64,000 nucleotides of DNA from a phage: the sequence record PZ386975.1; one strand, 5' to 3'. A model generated the notes under the pieces. The model saw only the letters and a program-made list of their open reading frames with translations. It did not search any database and was not told the origin of the DNA. Both the position numbers and the translations under genes were made by a program. Below are positions 19,810-29,514 of this stretch, piece after piece. Numbering within the stretch: the first letter of the stretch is position 1; each line of letters opens with the position of its first letter.

Positions 19810-20051
19810 TGACTTATGTAATTTACTCCAAAACTGGATGCCCTCAGTGTGAGACTGCAAAGAATTTTGCAAAAGCTCGTGGTATTGACCATGTTGTGAG
19901 AATGTTAGGGCAGGACTATGAGCTATCAGACTTGATGGATATTGCACAGATGCCAGTTCGTCAGATGCCATTCATCATGAAAACCGATGGACAAAACCTA
20001 AAACCTGTTGGGACGCTACAGAATTTTATGGCAGAGGTGAATAATGCTTAA
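19809..20051 (+). CDS. glutaredoxin/NrdH-like redoxin
   Basis: CPQC active-site motif in 80 aa, adjacent to RNR genes. Confidence 0.65.
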   Translation: MTYVIYSKTGCPQCETAKNFAKARGIDHVVRMLGQDYELSDLMDIAQMPVRQMPFIMKTDGQNLKPVGTLQNFMAEVNNA

Positions 20052-20250
20052 ACGCATTTGGGAAGGTTTGGTTGTTGATGCACCAGCTATTGTGATTGGT
20101 ATGCTTATTGTTAACCTATTTACTGACTTTGAACAAGGTTCATTGTTTGGAGCCATGTTACTATGGGTTATCTTCGAAATATTAGAGATACAGTTAGGTA
20201 TCACTGAAAAACTAAGAGAACTCTTTGCGAAGTTTTCTAAAAAGATTTAA
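20044..20250 (+). CDS. small membrane protein
   Basis: Hydrophobic 68 aa ORF. Confidence 0.3.
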   Translation: MLKRIWEGLVVDAPAIVIGMLIVNLFTDFEQGSLFGAMLLWVIFEILEIQLGITEKLRELFAKFSKKI

Positions 20251-20257
20251 AATGAAA

Positions 20258-20279
20258 GGGTCTCTTCGGAGACCTTTTT
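20258..20279 (+). terminator. rho-independent terminator
   Basis: gggtctcttcggagacc hairpin then TTTTT. Confidence 0.6.
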
Positions 20280-20298
20280 AGCATGTAAAGGGGAAATA

Positions 20299-21498
20299 AT
20301 GAACAAAGTACAGATTATTAAAAAGAATGGCTCACTCGAAGAACCTGATATCAAAAAAGTTTTAGCAGCAGTCACAAAGTCAGCTAATAGGGTTGGGTAT
20401 AAAGAACTCCCACCAGATGTTACTCAAGCTCTTGAGTCAGCATTTATGAGGATTCTGGTAAAGTCCACTAAGCAGAATAATTTGCTAATTTCTGTAAACG
20501 ATATTCACAGTATTGTTGAGGGTGCTTTGGCAGAAGTCAATCACGAAATTTATGAGTCTTACTCAACATACAGAAATTACCGTAAAGAAGTTGCTCAAAA
20601 TTGGGATGAACTCTACCAGAAGACCAAAGATACACTCTTCTTAGGTGACAGAGAGAATGCTAACTTTGACAGCAGTTTAATTTCTACAAAAGGCTCAATT
20701 ATTCGTGGTTACCTGACTAAAGAAATCTTTAAACAGTACCATTTAACACCAGAGGAACTTGAAGCCATTGAAAAAGGGTTTATCTATATCCATGATTTAA
20801 GAGACCTAATTTTTGGTGGTATCAACTGTTGCCTGTTTGACATTGGTAAAGTCCTGAAAGGTGGCTTTGAAATGTCTGGCATCGAATATTGTGAACCAAA
20901 GTCTGTGCTGTCGGCCTTACAGGTTATTGGTGACGTAGTTCTTTCAGCAACTGCACAGCAATTTGGTGGCTTTACTTTAGCAGAGATTGATAAGGTACTC
21001 GTACCGTATGCTAAGAAGTCTCTACGCTATCATGCTGAGAAAGCAGCATCTTATGGTATTCCTAAAGAACATTACCACAATTATATCATGGAGCAGCTAC
21101 AGATTGAACTGACTCAAGGTTTCCAGTCACTTGAAATGAAACTCAATACTGTGCCTTGTAGCCGTGGGGATTTTGCATTTACAACTTTGACATTCGGGTT
21201 ACTTGATTCAGATATGTCTAATGAAGATAACCGACTGCAATACATGATTGCAAGTACTCTCCTAGATGTTCGTATGAATGGACAAGGTAAGAGCAAGAAG
21301 CCTGTTGTATTCCCTAAACTGGTTTATATTTATGACCAGAAGAGACACGATGAGAATATCTGTCAAGGACACCTGTACAGTAAAGCCATTGAGTGTTGCT
21401 CTAAAGCAATGTATCCAGATTTCTTAAGTGTATCTGGTCATGGTGCTGTAGCAGAGGCTTTTGAGCGTTCTGGTAAGGTTATTTCACCGATGGGTTAA
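20299..21498 (+). CDS. nrdD: anaerobic ribonucleotide reductase (class III), exon 1
   Basis: Ends ...ISPMG at a position that in E. coli NrdD is followed by CRSFL; stop codon lies in the insert. Confidence 0.65.
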   Translation: MNKVQIIKKNGSLEEPDIKKVLAAVTKSANRVGYKELPPDVTQALESAFMRILVKSTKQNNLLISVNDIHSIVEGALAEVNHEIYESYSTYRNYRKEVAQNWDELYQKTKDTLFLGDRENANFDSSLISTKGSIIRGYLTKEIFKQYHLTPEELEAIEKGFIYIHDLRDLIFGGINCCLFDIGKVLKGGFEMSGIEYCEPKSVLSALQVIGDVVLSATAQQFGGFTLAEIDKVLVPYAKKSLRYHAEKAASYGIPKEHYHNYIMEQLQIELTQGFQSLEMKLNTVPCSRGDFAFTTLTFGLLDSDMSNEDNRLQYMIASTLLDVRMNGQGKSKKPVVFPKLVYIYDQKRHDENICQGHLYSKAIECCSKAMYPDFLSVSGHGAVAEAFERSGKVISPMG

Positions 21499-22237
21499 CA
21501 AGCTCTATAGCTCATCTAAAACGTGCCTAAACAGGGAAACTCTACAGATGTAGACAATCCTGTGCTAAATGATGTACGATGTAAGAAACTATACAACATA
21601 GGAGTCTTACATGCCAAACTATCACGTCACTGAAGATGGAAAAGTCTTTAGGGAAAATGGTGTAGAGCTTACGCAGTGGAAATCCAACACTGGGTATATG
21701 AAAGTGAGGTTTTACGGTAAGAAGAATCGTGACATGTATGTCCACAGGTTAGTTGCTGAGAAATATGTACCTAACCCGAATAATCTTCCAATTGTAAAAC
21801 ATAAGGACGATAACAAACTAAATAACCACGCATCTAACTTAGAATGGGGTACTCATTCTGAGAATGCTAAAGAAGGTTATGAGAACGGTTGCTACAAGTT
21901 CCACAAGCGTTCATATGCCGTGAAAGCCACACACAAAGTGACAAGGGAAGTTATTGTTACTAAGTCAATACGAGAGTTATCCAATATACTTGGACACAAT
22001 CGCAAGACCATCTCTTCAATATTGAAGGGTGTAAAAGAGCATAATAACTTCGAATATGAGTTTGAATACATCTAAATGCCGAACGACTAACCGTGATGAA
22101 TGTAGCGGTGTAGGGTCAAGCGACTCGAAATGGTACGCTACTTAGAAATAAGTAGAAGATATAGTCTGGACTTACTGGCGACAGTAAGCAGCTTGAATAA
22201 AGCGGGGTAAGCTTAGCGAACTTACCTGAACAACAAG
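21499..22237 (+). mobile_element. intervening sequence in nrdD, probable group I intron carrying an HNH endonuclease
   Basis: Exon 1 ends in T; in-frame sequence CRAFLSPYLNENGEEFYVGRANIGAVSLNLP resumes at 22238; insert ends in G. Confidence 0.55.
21611..22075 (+). CDS. HNH homing endonuclease (intron-encoded)
   Basis: IVKHKDDNKLNNHASNLEWGTHSEN HNH motif. Confidence 0.65.
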   Translation: MPNYHVTEDGKVFRENGVELTQWKSNTGYMKVRFYGKKNRDMYVHRLVAEKYVPNPNNLPIVKHKDDNKLNNHASNLEWGTHSENAKEGYENGCYKFHKRSYAVKATHKVTREVIVTKSIRELSNILGHNRKTISSILKGVKEHNNFEYEFEYI

Positions 22238-23185
22238 TGTAGAGCATTTTTATCACCATATCTTAACGAGAATGGGGAAGAGTTCTATGTAGGTCGTGCT
22301 AACATTGGTGCTGTGTCTTTGAACTTACCAATGATTTACCAGTATTCTAAAGAGAATGAATTAGATTTCTGGAAAGAGCTTGATAAGTACCTAGAAATGA
22401 TTCGCAGCTTCCACAAGAAACGTTACGAAATGATTGCTAATATGCCAGCAAGTTCTAACCCTCTTGCGTTCACACAAGGTGGTCTGTACAAAGGGAATAA
22501 GAAACCTACTGACAGGGTTGGCTGGGATATCGTGAAGTCCTTCACAGCTTCTTTTGGGGTTACTGCGCTTGATGAGCTATCTGTTCTTGCTGAAGGTAAA
22601 CGACTTCATGAAGTTGGAAGCTGTAGTTTTGCATACGATGTTCTGGAATACATCAACATGAAAACTGAAGAGTTTAAAAATGAAGATGGCTTCTTATATG
22701 CCGTCTATGGTACTCCAGCAGAATCACTTTGTGGAACTCAGCTAAAACAGTTCAGAGATATGTTTGGCGTTATCAAAGGTGTTTCTGATAAGGAATACTT
22801 TACAAACAGCTTCCATATGAATGTTGCAGCAGACATTACACCATTTGAGAAGCAGGACTTAGAAGAACCCTTCTTCCATATCTGTAGAGGCGGTAGAATC
22901 CAGTATGTAAGAGTGGCTAATCCAGAAAACTTATCAGCACTTAAGAGTTGTATTACGAGAGGTATGTTGAAAGGTTTCTATCAGGGACTGAACTTTGACT
23001 TAGCAATCTGTGAACATTGCGGTAACAGACCAAAGGCTGATGTTGAAGAATGTGAGGTTTGTCATTCACATGATATCTCTGTGATTAACAGGGTGTGCGG
23101 GTATCTCGGGTGGACTAAGATTAAAGGCGAATCCCGAATGAATGATGCAAAAATCGCTGAGATTCGTGACAGAGTTTCTATGTAA
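22238..23185 (+). CDS. nrdD: anaerobic ribonucleotide reductase (class III), exon 2
   Basis: Contains glycyl-radical region NRVCGYLG near C-terminus; frame is open upstream of the annotated GTG at 22313. Confidence 0.65.
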   Translation, partial: CRAFLSPYLNENGEEFYVGRANIGAVSLNLPMIYQYSKENELDFWKELDKYLEMIRSFHKKRYEMIANMPASSNPLAFTQGGLYKGNKKPTDRVGWDIVKSFTASFGVTALDELSVLAEGKRLHEVGSCSFAYDVLEYINMKTEEFKNEDGFLYAVYGTPAESLCGTQLKQFRDMFGVIKGVSDKEYFTNSFHMNVAADITPFEKQDLEEPFFHICRGGRIQYVRVANPENLSALKSCITRGMLKGFYQGLNFDLAICEHCGNRPKADVEECEVCHSHDISVINRVCGYLGWTKIKGESRMNDAKIAEIRDRVSM

Positions 23186-23194
23186 AACTTGACA

Positions 23195-23233
23195 AGGTGA
23201 TGTGAGTCTTGATAGGCTTACATCACCTTTTTT
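23195..23233 (+). terminator. rho-independent terminator
   Basis: ggtgatgtgagtcttgataggcttacatcacc hairpin then TTTTTT. Confidence 0.55.
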
Positions 23234-23339
23234 ATTGGATGTTAGATATGGCAGAGAACATCATTGGCCTATTCATAGGTTCTGTCTTACTAGGGTTCTT
23301 TTTAGGACTCTCTTATTGTGAATTAAGAGGCAAGTTAAA

Positions 23340-23540
23340 ATGTTTAAAATATCAAAAACGTTGATATACATACTACACATAGCAATCTTCTTCTTTGGTG
23401 TTAGTGTTATGGTGTGGGGTTTCTCAGACCCACAATGGAGCCTCTCATATCATGGTCAGATGGATTTATGGTCATGCTTCAAACCATTTTTAGGGTTAGC
23501 TATAGCATTCAGTGCATTGCCAACTAAGGTGAAATTATGA
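23340..23540 (+). CDS. small membrane protein
   Basis: Hydrophobic N-terminal helix. Confidence 0.3.
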   Translation: MFKISKTLIYILHIAIFFFGVSVMVWGFSDPQWSLSYHGQMDLWSCFKPFLGLAIAFSALPTKVKL

Positions 23541-23932
23541 TTAAGTTGAACAAAAAACAGTTAGAGTGGATTAAAGATTATGCCTCAGAGTGTGGCTCTT
23601 GCGAAAAGAATCACGTAAGATACTCAACATTCCATACGACCTTCACACTGTATATTGGTGACAATGTTCTAAGTGATTCTGTGGAAGATGGTGTAGCATT
23701 ACCTAATGAATTACTTGATAAACTAGCTGTAGTTTCTGGAACTTGGTCTGAAGAAGATGGTCACGAACTCTCTGATGATGTTGTATTCTACACCCTTGAA
23801 AACATCATGAATCCAGAGTACATTATGCTAATGACTTGCGCACAAGATTGTGTACCATTACAAAACTTCATTAAAGAGCACTGTGAAGAATTTATTACTA
23901 AACAGGTTCCTTGTCAGGTGGTGTTTGAATGA
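23537..23932 (+). CDS. hypothetical protein
   Basis: ORF in co-directional block. Confidence 0.35.
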   Translation: MIKLNKKQLEWIKDYASECGSCEKNHVRYSTFHTTFTLYIGDNVLSDSVEDGVALPNELLDKLAVVSGTWSEEDGHELSDDVVFYTLENIMNPEYIMLMTCAQDCVPLQNFIKEHCEEFITKQVPCQVVFE

Positions 23933-24228
23933 GTAAAACAATTCGAAGAAAAGGTTTAAAGAACGTTCATGGGCTTTATGAGTGGAGAAATGAGGTACGT
24001 AACAGAGAAAACGCTTCAGATGTCTACTTCCATTCTGATATGATGTCCAGAAAAGGTGGCTCTTATGACTTCACAAGTCAGCCTTGTAGAGAGATTAAGA
24101 AGGCTACTAAACGTCTTACAAGAACACAAATAAGGCAGCTTTCTAAGACATCTTTCTTAGATGAAGACTTTGACATTGACAGCAAGTCTCCAAAGAAAGC
24201 TGCTCAGAGCACTTATATGTATTGGTGA
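23929..24228 (+). CDS. hypothetical protein
   Basis: ORF in co-directional block. Confidence 0.35.
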   Translation: MSKTIRRKGLKNVHGLYEWRNEVRNRENASDVYFHSDMMSRKGGSYDFTSQPCREIKKATKRLTRTQIRQLSKTSFLDEDFDIDSKSPKKAAQSTYMYW

Positions 24229-24237
24229 GGTAACTAG

Positions 24238-24723
24238 ATGAATTACATGGAGATTAGACCATTTGACACAGCTAATGGTGAAGGGGTTCGTGTAAGCCTC
24301 TTCGTAGCTGGTTGTAAGCATCACTGTGAAGGCTGCTTTAACAGGGAGTCTTGGAAGTTTAATGCTGGTAAAGAGTTTACCTATGCAAACCTCTACGGCA
24401 TCATTAAGTTAATGGATGATAATGCTATCAGTGGGTTGTCAATACTTGGTGGGGAGCCTCTGGATGACAGAAACATTCAAGAGGTCACCAACATATGCAA
24501 GCGTATTAAAACTGTTTATCCAGAAAAGTCTATATGGCTTTGGACAGGTTTTCAACTGCACGAAAAAATTCACCTAGATGTGATGAAATATGTTGACGTG
24601 GTGATTGATGGTAAGTATGATTCATCTAAACCAACAGTTAAACCATATCGTGGTTCTGATAACCAAAACCTCTGGAGAAAAGAGTATGGGTGGCAAGGTG
24701 ATTGTCAATGGCGAGCAGAATGA
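24238..24723 (+). CDS. nrdG: anaerobic ribonucleotide reductase activating protein (radical SAM)
   Basis: CKHHCEGC = CxxxCxxC radical-SAM cluster motif; 161 aa. Confidence 0.7.
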   Translation: MNYMEIRPFDTANGEGVRVSLFVAGCKHHCEGCFNRESWKFNAGKEFTYANLYGIIKLMDDNAISGLSILGGEPLDDRNIQEVTNICKRIKTVYPEKSIWLWTGFQLHEKIHLDVMKYVDVVIDGKYDSSKPTVKPYRGSDNQNLWRKEYGWQGDCQWRAE

Positions 24724-24976
24724 TTATTCTGGCAAGTGGACTTATGACATCAACAAGTTAGATGCCTGGATTATTTATACAAGAGAAAAATTTGGTGTAC
24801 ATTCATTATGTGCTCTTGCAACGATTGTAAAGAATGTCACCTTTGTCATAAACAAGTCAGATAAATTTGGAGATTTCTACAGGATTCAAAACATCAGAGA
24901 AGGTGTAACTCCAATAGGAATCACTGAAGAAGAACTTCATAAGTTCTGTATTAAACTTTAATGAGAGAGTCTAAAA

Positions 24977-25243
24977 ATGGGAATTTTAGGTAATATGAAG
25001 GCTGGCTTCTTGAAGGCACTGGCAAAAGCAGCAGCAATCATTTCTATGACTGGAAAGCAGGTTGGTGTAGATGCTTCAGCAGTTGCACAAGTTCTTGCAA
25101 GCCAAATTGAACAGCAGCCTTACATCCACGTAGGACGTGGAAAAGGTGGTAAGAAACAAGCACATCGACCAACTGGTGCAGCAGCTATTAAACGAGCAGC
25201 TAAGAAAGCTCGTAACCGTAAACGCAATAAGAAGGCTAAATAA
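24977..25243 (+). CDS. small basic protein
   Basis: Lys/Arg-rich C-terminus (KRAAKKARNRKRNKKAK). Confidence 0.35.
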   Translation: MGILGNMKAGFLKALAKAAAIISMTGKQVGVDASAVAQVLASQIEQQPYIHVGRGKGGKKQAHRPTGAAAIKRAAKKARNRKRNKKAK

Positions 25244-25245
25244 TC

Positions 25246-25566
25246 ATGAGCAAAGTTTATAACACTCGCAAATTACAGATTTTCGTACTGTGCCAGTTTA
25301 TGGCTAAAGAATACAACTTCTACTATTGTGGCACAGGTTTTATTAGCGACGATGATGGTTCATACCTACCATTTAAAGAAGCTGTGAAGCTCTTTAATGA
25401 AGAGAAAAACTCTAAGAAAGATATCGAAAAGGTCAAGCTAACCTATAGCAAGAAAGATAAGAAGATTATCTGCCTAGATAACTTTGTAAAAGTTACTGGA
25501 GAAGCAAAAGAGTTTATGGATGAGAGTGAGATTTCATTCACAAGCATCTTGAAAGTAGCTCAGTAA
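25246..25566 (+). CDS. hypothetical protein
   Basis: ORF in co-directional block. Confidence 0.35.
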   Translation: MSKVYNTRKLQIFVLCQFMAKEYNFYYCGTGFISDDDGSYLPFKEAVKLFNEEKNSKKDIEKVKLTYSKKDKKIICLDNFVKVTGEAKEFMDESEISFTSILKVAQ

Positions 25567-25579
25567 ACAGATACTATAA

Positions 25580-25603
25580 GGGAACCTTTACAGTTCCCTT
25601 TTT
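25580..25603 (+). terminator. rho-independent terminator
   Basis: gggaacctttacagttccc hairpin then TTTTT. Confidence 0.55.
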
Positions 25604-25617
25604 ATTTTGGAGATAAA

Positions 25618-26133
25618 ATGTATCTGTCAAACCTGAAACGTTCGGCTGCAATGTCAGTTCTAAGACTCAGCTTTGAGGAACGTCAAGAGTTCATTGACTC
25701 CCACCAATACGACCCTTCTAACTCGAATCACATGGTTCTTTGGAATCGTGATAACTTCCGTGAAAGAGCACTTGTCCGTTATTACCCACACTACACAATA
25801 GATAACCTGTATGAATGGTGTGTTGTGAAGAACACTATTGCAACACTGAACAATCTTTGCAGGTATACAGGTAAGCAAGCATTTACATTAGGTCACCACA
25901 AACCTGTTACAAAGGGTGGTGAGCATCACTGTGCAAACTGGTTTATCCAGACTAAACTTGATAACCAGAAGCAAGGAGATAGCCTTCTAAGCATCCCTAA
26001 GATGACCTATGAAGAGCAAGAGAAATATATCAAAAATAATATGCCAGATGTGCTTGACAACAACTATACAGATTTGGCAATATCTCTCCTGTTGAAGTTC
26101 GAGACAGTTTATAGGGCAACTTACAATGGCTAA
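25618..26133 (+). CDS. hypothetical protein with possible HNH-like motif
   Basis: LGHHKPVTKGGEHHCANWFIQTKLDNQ. Confidence 0.3.
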   Translation: MYLSNLKRSAAMSVLRLSFEERQEFIDSHQYDPSNSNHMVLWNRDNFRERALVRYYPHYTIDNLYEWCVVKNTIATLNNLCRYTGKQAFTLGHHKPVTKGGEHHCANWFIQTKLDNQKQGDSLLSIPKMTYEEQEKYIKNNMPDVLDNNYTDLAISLLLKFETVYRATYNG

Positions 26134-26404
26134 AGAGAAGTGGGAGCTTTTACCATTAATCAGTGAAGGCGGTAATGGTTGTGAAATGTACATGATACGT
26201 GGTCATGTTCCAGAACCAATTGCACTTGAGATGGTAAACAACTTTACAGATGGCTCTTACAAAGACTTAGAGGAGCCAACTATAAAGCAGCAATGGGTAA
26301 AGCCTGTACCAGATAGCACAGGTAACTGTAGTGTACTTTATCACGTTGTAGACCCTGCAAAATGCAAATCTGCAATGGCAGTAACAAACGTAACTTTTGA
26401 TTGA
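26126..26404 (+). CDS. hypothetical protein
   Basis: ORF in co-directional block. Confidence 0.3.
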   Translation: MAKEKWELLPLISEGGNGCEMYMIRGHVPEPIALEMVNNFTDGSYKDLEEPTIKQQWVKPVPDSTGNCSVLYHVVDPAKCKSAMAVTNVTFD

Positions 26405-27297
26405 GAGGGAAAACTATGAAAACTGTTATTGAAGCCGTCGTCACCGCACAAGAGAAATTCTTCCACACAGAAAAATTTAATATCATTCAATTCCCATCTG
26501 GAGAAATTGGTGGAAACTTCTCTGAAGATTTTGTTAAGTTTACTGAGCGTAATGCTGGTAAGATTGATAATGTTATACTTACTGTACAGGGATATGACAA
26601 AGACACACTGTTTGCATTAGCTTTGGCTAAAGATGCCGTTGACAGTCTTGTTCCCCAGAAATCAGCGATGAAAACCGTTGTTTTCGGGTTCTTACCAAAT
26701 GCTCGATATGACCGCCACATGTTCAAAGGTGATGCAGCAGCACTGAAAGTCTTTGCCAACCTCGTTAATGCAATGGGTTTTGATGCAGTATGTGCTCTTG
26801 ACCCTCACAGTAATGTTGCAGAAAACTTATTTAAGTGCTTTCAGAGCATGAAGCAAAAAGATGTTGCAGCACACTTTGCAAGTGACCCACGCATTGATTT
26901 CTTGGTAGCCCCAGATGCAGGTGCAGCTAAGAAGACTGAAAATACCGCTAAAGAAGTGGATAAACCGTATATCACAATGTCTAAGGTACGTAACCTTAAG
27001 ACTGGTGAAATTACTGGTATGCGAATCCTTGATGATGTTGATTTGACAGATAAAACTGTCATGATTCTGGATGATATTTGTGATGGAGGCCGAACCTTCG
27101 TAGAGGCAGCGAAACACCTACGCGAAGCAGGTGCAAAACGTGTGGAACTATATGTAACACATGGAATTTTCTCTAAAGGTGTTGAAAACTTGCTTGACAA
27201 CGGAATCGACCATATCTACACTACAAACACTTTAGGTGAAGCTAAAGACCGTGGATTAACACATTATGGTCAAGTTACTGTAGCAAACATTGATTGA
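26401..27297 (+). CDS. ribose-phosphate pyrophosphokinase homologue (Prs-like; possibly ADP-ribose pyrophosphokinase of NARP1 type)
   Basis: DPHSNV (ribose-phosphate site-like) and ILDDICDGGRTF (PRPP-binding loop-like); 298 aa. Confidence 0.6.
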   Translation: MRGKTMKTVIEAVVTAQEKFFHTEKFNIIQFPSGEIGGNFSEDFVKFTERNAGKIDNVILTVQGYDKDTLFALALAKDAVDSLVPQKSAMKTVVFGFLPNARYDRHMFKGDAAALKVFANLVNAMGFDAVCALDPHSNVAENLFKCFQSMKQKDVAAHFASDPRIDFLVAPDAGAAKKTENTAKEVDKPYITMSKVRNLKTGEITGMRILDDVDLTDKTVMILDDICDGGRTFVEAAKHLREAGAKRVELYVTHGIFSKGVENLLDNGIDHIYTTNTLGEAKDRGLTHYGQVTVANID

Positions 27298-27306
27298 AAC
27301 TTTATA

Positions 27307-27330
27307 GGGGGCTTCAAAGCCCCATTTTGA
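27307..27330 (+). terminator. hairpin, weak terminator
   Basis: gggggcttcaaagcccc then attttg. Confidence 0.35.
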
Positions 27331-27343
27331 GAGAGATTAAAAG

Positions 27344-29125
27344 ATGACTAAATCACTTTATGCAGTACCAGCAGGTTTAAATGCGGACGCTTACAAGTCT
27401 GGCCATATATACCAGTACCCCAGTGCAACAGAGTACTTGATGTTCAACCTGACACCACGTAGCGACAAATGGTTTAACAGCCCTTTGGCAATTGACGGTG
27501 TAGTGGCTTTTGGTATTCAACGTTTTGTTAAAGATTACTTGATAGACCACTGGAATGCCACTTTCTTTGAACGTGATAAAAAAGAAGCAATTGACGAAAT
27601 CTTAGAAGTCATGAATGGTGTTCTGGGTAAAGATGCTATCGGTCGGGAGCATTGGGAAGCACTTCACGACTTAGGTTATCTACCAGTTGGAGTATACGCT
27701 GTAGAAGAAGGCACAGTTGTCCCTATGCGTGTTCCGATGATTGTTTTCCAGAACACTGTTTCAGGTTTCCATTGGGTAGCAGGTTATCTAGAAGATGCTT
27801 TCTCTGCTGAGATTTGGAAGGCTTGTACCATTGCAACTATTGCATTGCACTACAAACGTATCTGTAAGAAGTGGGCTGACCTTACTTGTGATAACGACTT
27901 ACATTTACCTTATCAGTGCCATGACTTTGCTATGCGTGGTATGTCCGGCTTTACTGATGACGCATTTAACGCTGTAGGCCACTTAACCAGCTTTAAAGGG
28001 ACTGATAGCTTCCCTGCTGTATATACAGCTAAACGCATCTACGGACAGTCTTACCCAGTCTCTGATATTGGTGGTTCTGTACCAGCCACTGAACACTCTG
28101 TAATGTGTGCAAACATTGCTTGGGAAGGTGGTAATGAATTGATTGAAGAAGAAAGACGCTTTAAAGGTGAATTACAAACCTTCCGTCGCTTCTTAACAGA
28201 AACTTATCCAACTGGTATTGCAAGTGTTGTTTCAGATACTTATAACTTCTGGAGAACTGTGTCAGAAATCTTACCAGCACTCCGTAAAGAAATTATGGAA
28301 CGTGATGGTAAACTGGTGATTCGTCCTGACTCTGGAGACCCTGTACATATTGTCACAGGCTATAAAGCAATCCACTTAGAGTGTGCTAAGAAGGCTTATT
28401 ACGAGCACCTGAGCAAGCTGGAAGCTAGTGACACAATGCTGAATGCTGTTCTGAACATGAAGCTTGAAAACATCAACTATGGTATTGCTGGATGGCTACT
28501 GTCAGAAGGCTACGAAATGGTTGTTGACAGAGAAGACTTTGAAGTTGCGGATACAGTATTGCTAAAGAACGCTTATATGGTTGGTTCTGCAAACGTTGTA
28601 ACACGCCCTGTAGCAGAGATTGATGGAGCTATTAAGACACTGTACAACATCTTTGGAGGGACTATCAACTCTAAAGGGTTTAAGGTACTGGATGAGCACA
28701 TCGGCCTTATCTATGGTGACTCTATCACACTGGAACGTGCAAACGAAATCCTGAAGCGCCTGTATGAAATGGGTTTTGCAAGCTCTAACGTAGTGTTTGG
28801 CGTAGGCTCTTACACTTACCAGTACATGACTCGTGACACCTTTGCATTTGCTGTCAAAGCAACTCTTGCAAGCATTGGTGGTAAAGAGGTTATGCTTGCA
28901 AAAGACCCTAAAACAGATAGTGGTGTTAAGAAGTCTGCTTTTGGTGGTGTAGCACCTATGTGGGATGGTGATAAGTTGAAAGCTGTAGATGGCTATGGAT
29001 TCCAGAGCTTTGCAGATGCACTTGAACATCCAGCTTGTGCTTTACGTTTAGTCTTTAGTGACTCTGAGCAGTACGGTTACACATCTCTTGGTGATATTCG
29101 AAATAATATTGACAAGCAGCTTTAA
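27344..29125 (+). CDS. nicotinamide phosphoribosyltransferase homologue (NAMPT/NadV-like; possibly Namat of NARP1 type)
   Basis: 593 aa with NAMPT-like architecture; adjacent to Prs homologue; no NMNAT gene seen nearby. Confidence 0.6.
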   Translation: MTKSLYAVPAGLNADAYKSGHIYQYPSATEYLMFNLTPRSDKWFNSPLAIDGVVAFGIQRFVKDYLIDHWNATFFERDKKEAIDEILEVMNGVLGKDAIGREHWEALHDLGYLPVGVYAVEEGTVVPMRVPMIVFQNTVSGFHWVAGYLEDAFSAEIWKACTIATIALHYKRICKKWADLTCDNDLHLPYQCHDFAMRGMSGFTDDAFNAVGHLTSFKGTDSFPAVYTAKRIYGQSYPVSDIGGSVPATEHSVMCANIAWEGGNELIEEERRFKGELQTFRRFLTETYPTGIASVVSDTYNFWRTVSEILPALRKEIMERDGKLVIRPDSGDPVHIVTGYKAIHLECAKKAYYEHLSKLEASDTMLNAVLNMKLENINYGIAGWLLSEGYEMVVDREDFEVADTVLLKNAYMVGSANVVTRPVAEIDGAIKTLYNIFGGTINSKGFKVLDEHIGLIYGDSITLERANEILKRLYEMGFASSNVVFGVGSYTYQYMTRDTFAFAVKATLASIGGKEVMLAKDPKTDSGVKKSAFGGVAPMWDGDKLKAVDGYGFQSFADALEHPACALRLVFSDSEQYGYTSLGDIRNNIDKQL

Positions 29126-29139
29126 AAGTATATGATAAG

Positions 29140-29162
29140 AGGCTCCTACGGGAGCCTTTTTA
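29140..29162 (+). terminator. rho-independent terminator
   Basis: aggctcctacgggagcct hairpin then TTTTT. Confidence 0.6.
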
Positions 29163-29178
29163 ATTTCTGGAGAAAACT

Positions 29179-29514
29179 ATGAAAATCAAAGAGATGAACA
29201 TCAACGTTGTCTTAGAAGAACGTTGGGAGAACATTAAGAAGCCTGAAGATGGTAAAAAGTTCCTTAACAAAATTTTAGTAGCAGCTAAAGAAGAACTGAC
29301 TGGGAAGATTGCAGCAGCAATCACAATAAAGGTTTGTGTAAAAGGTCTTCCACAACATCACCAGTTTGCTCTTGACGAGTTTAAAGAAAGCTTCTACAAT
29401 CCAAATAAACAGATGCTTGAAAGTAACTTTGCAGTATCTACAAGTATCGTTCATGACAGAAGCTTTATCCTTTACAAAAACATGAGAGGTGAGTCATGCA
29501 AGCATATTGGATAG
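29179..29514 (+). CDS. hypothetical protein
   Basis: ORF in co-directional block. Confidence 0.35.
   Translation: MKIKEMNINVVLEERWENIKKPEDGKKFLNKILVAAKEELTGKIAAAITIKVCVKGLPQHHQFALDEFKESFYNPNKQMLESNFAVSTSIVHDRSFILYKNMRGESCKHIG

Noticed and set aside
24605-24961. 118 aa ORF starting inside nrdG
   Set aside because: First 40 codons overlap the nrdG C-terminus in another frame; if real, the start is probably internal, so not listed as a feature
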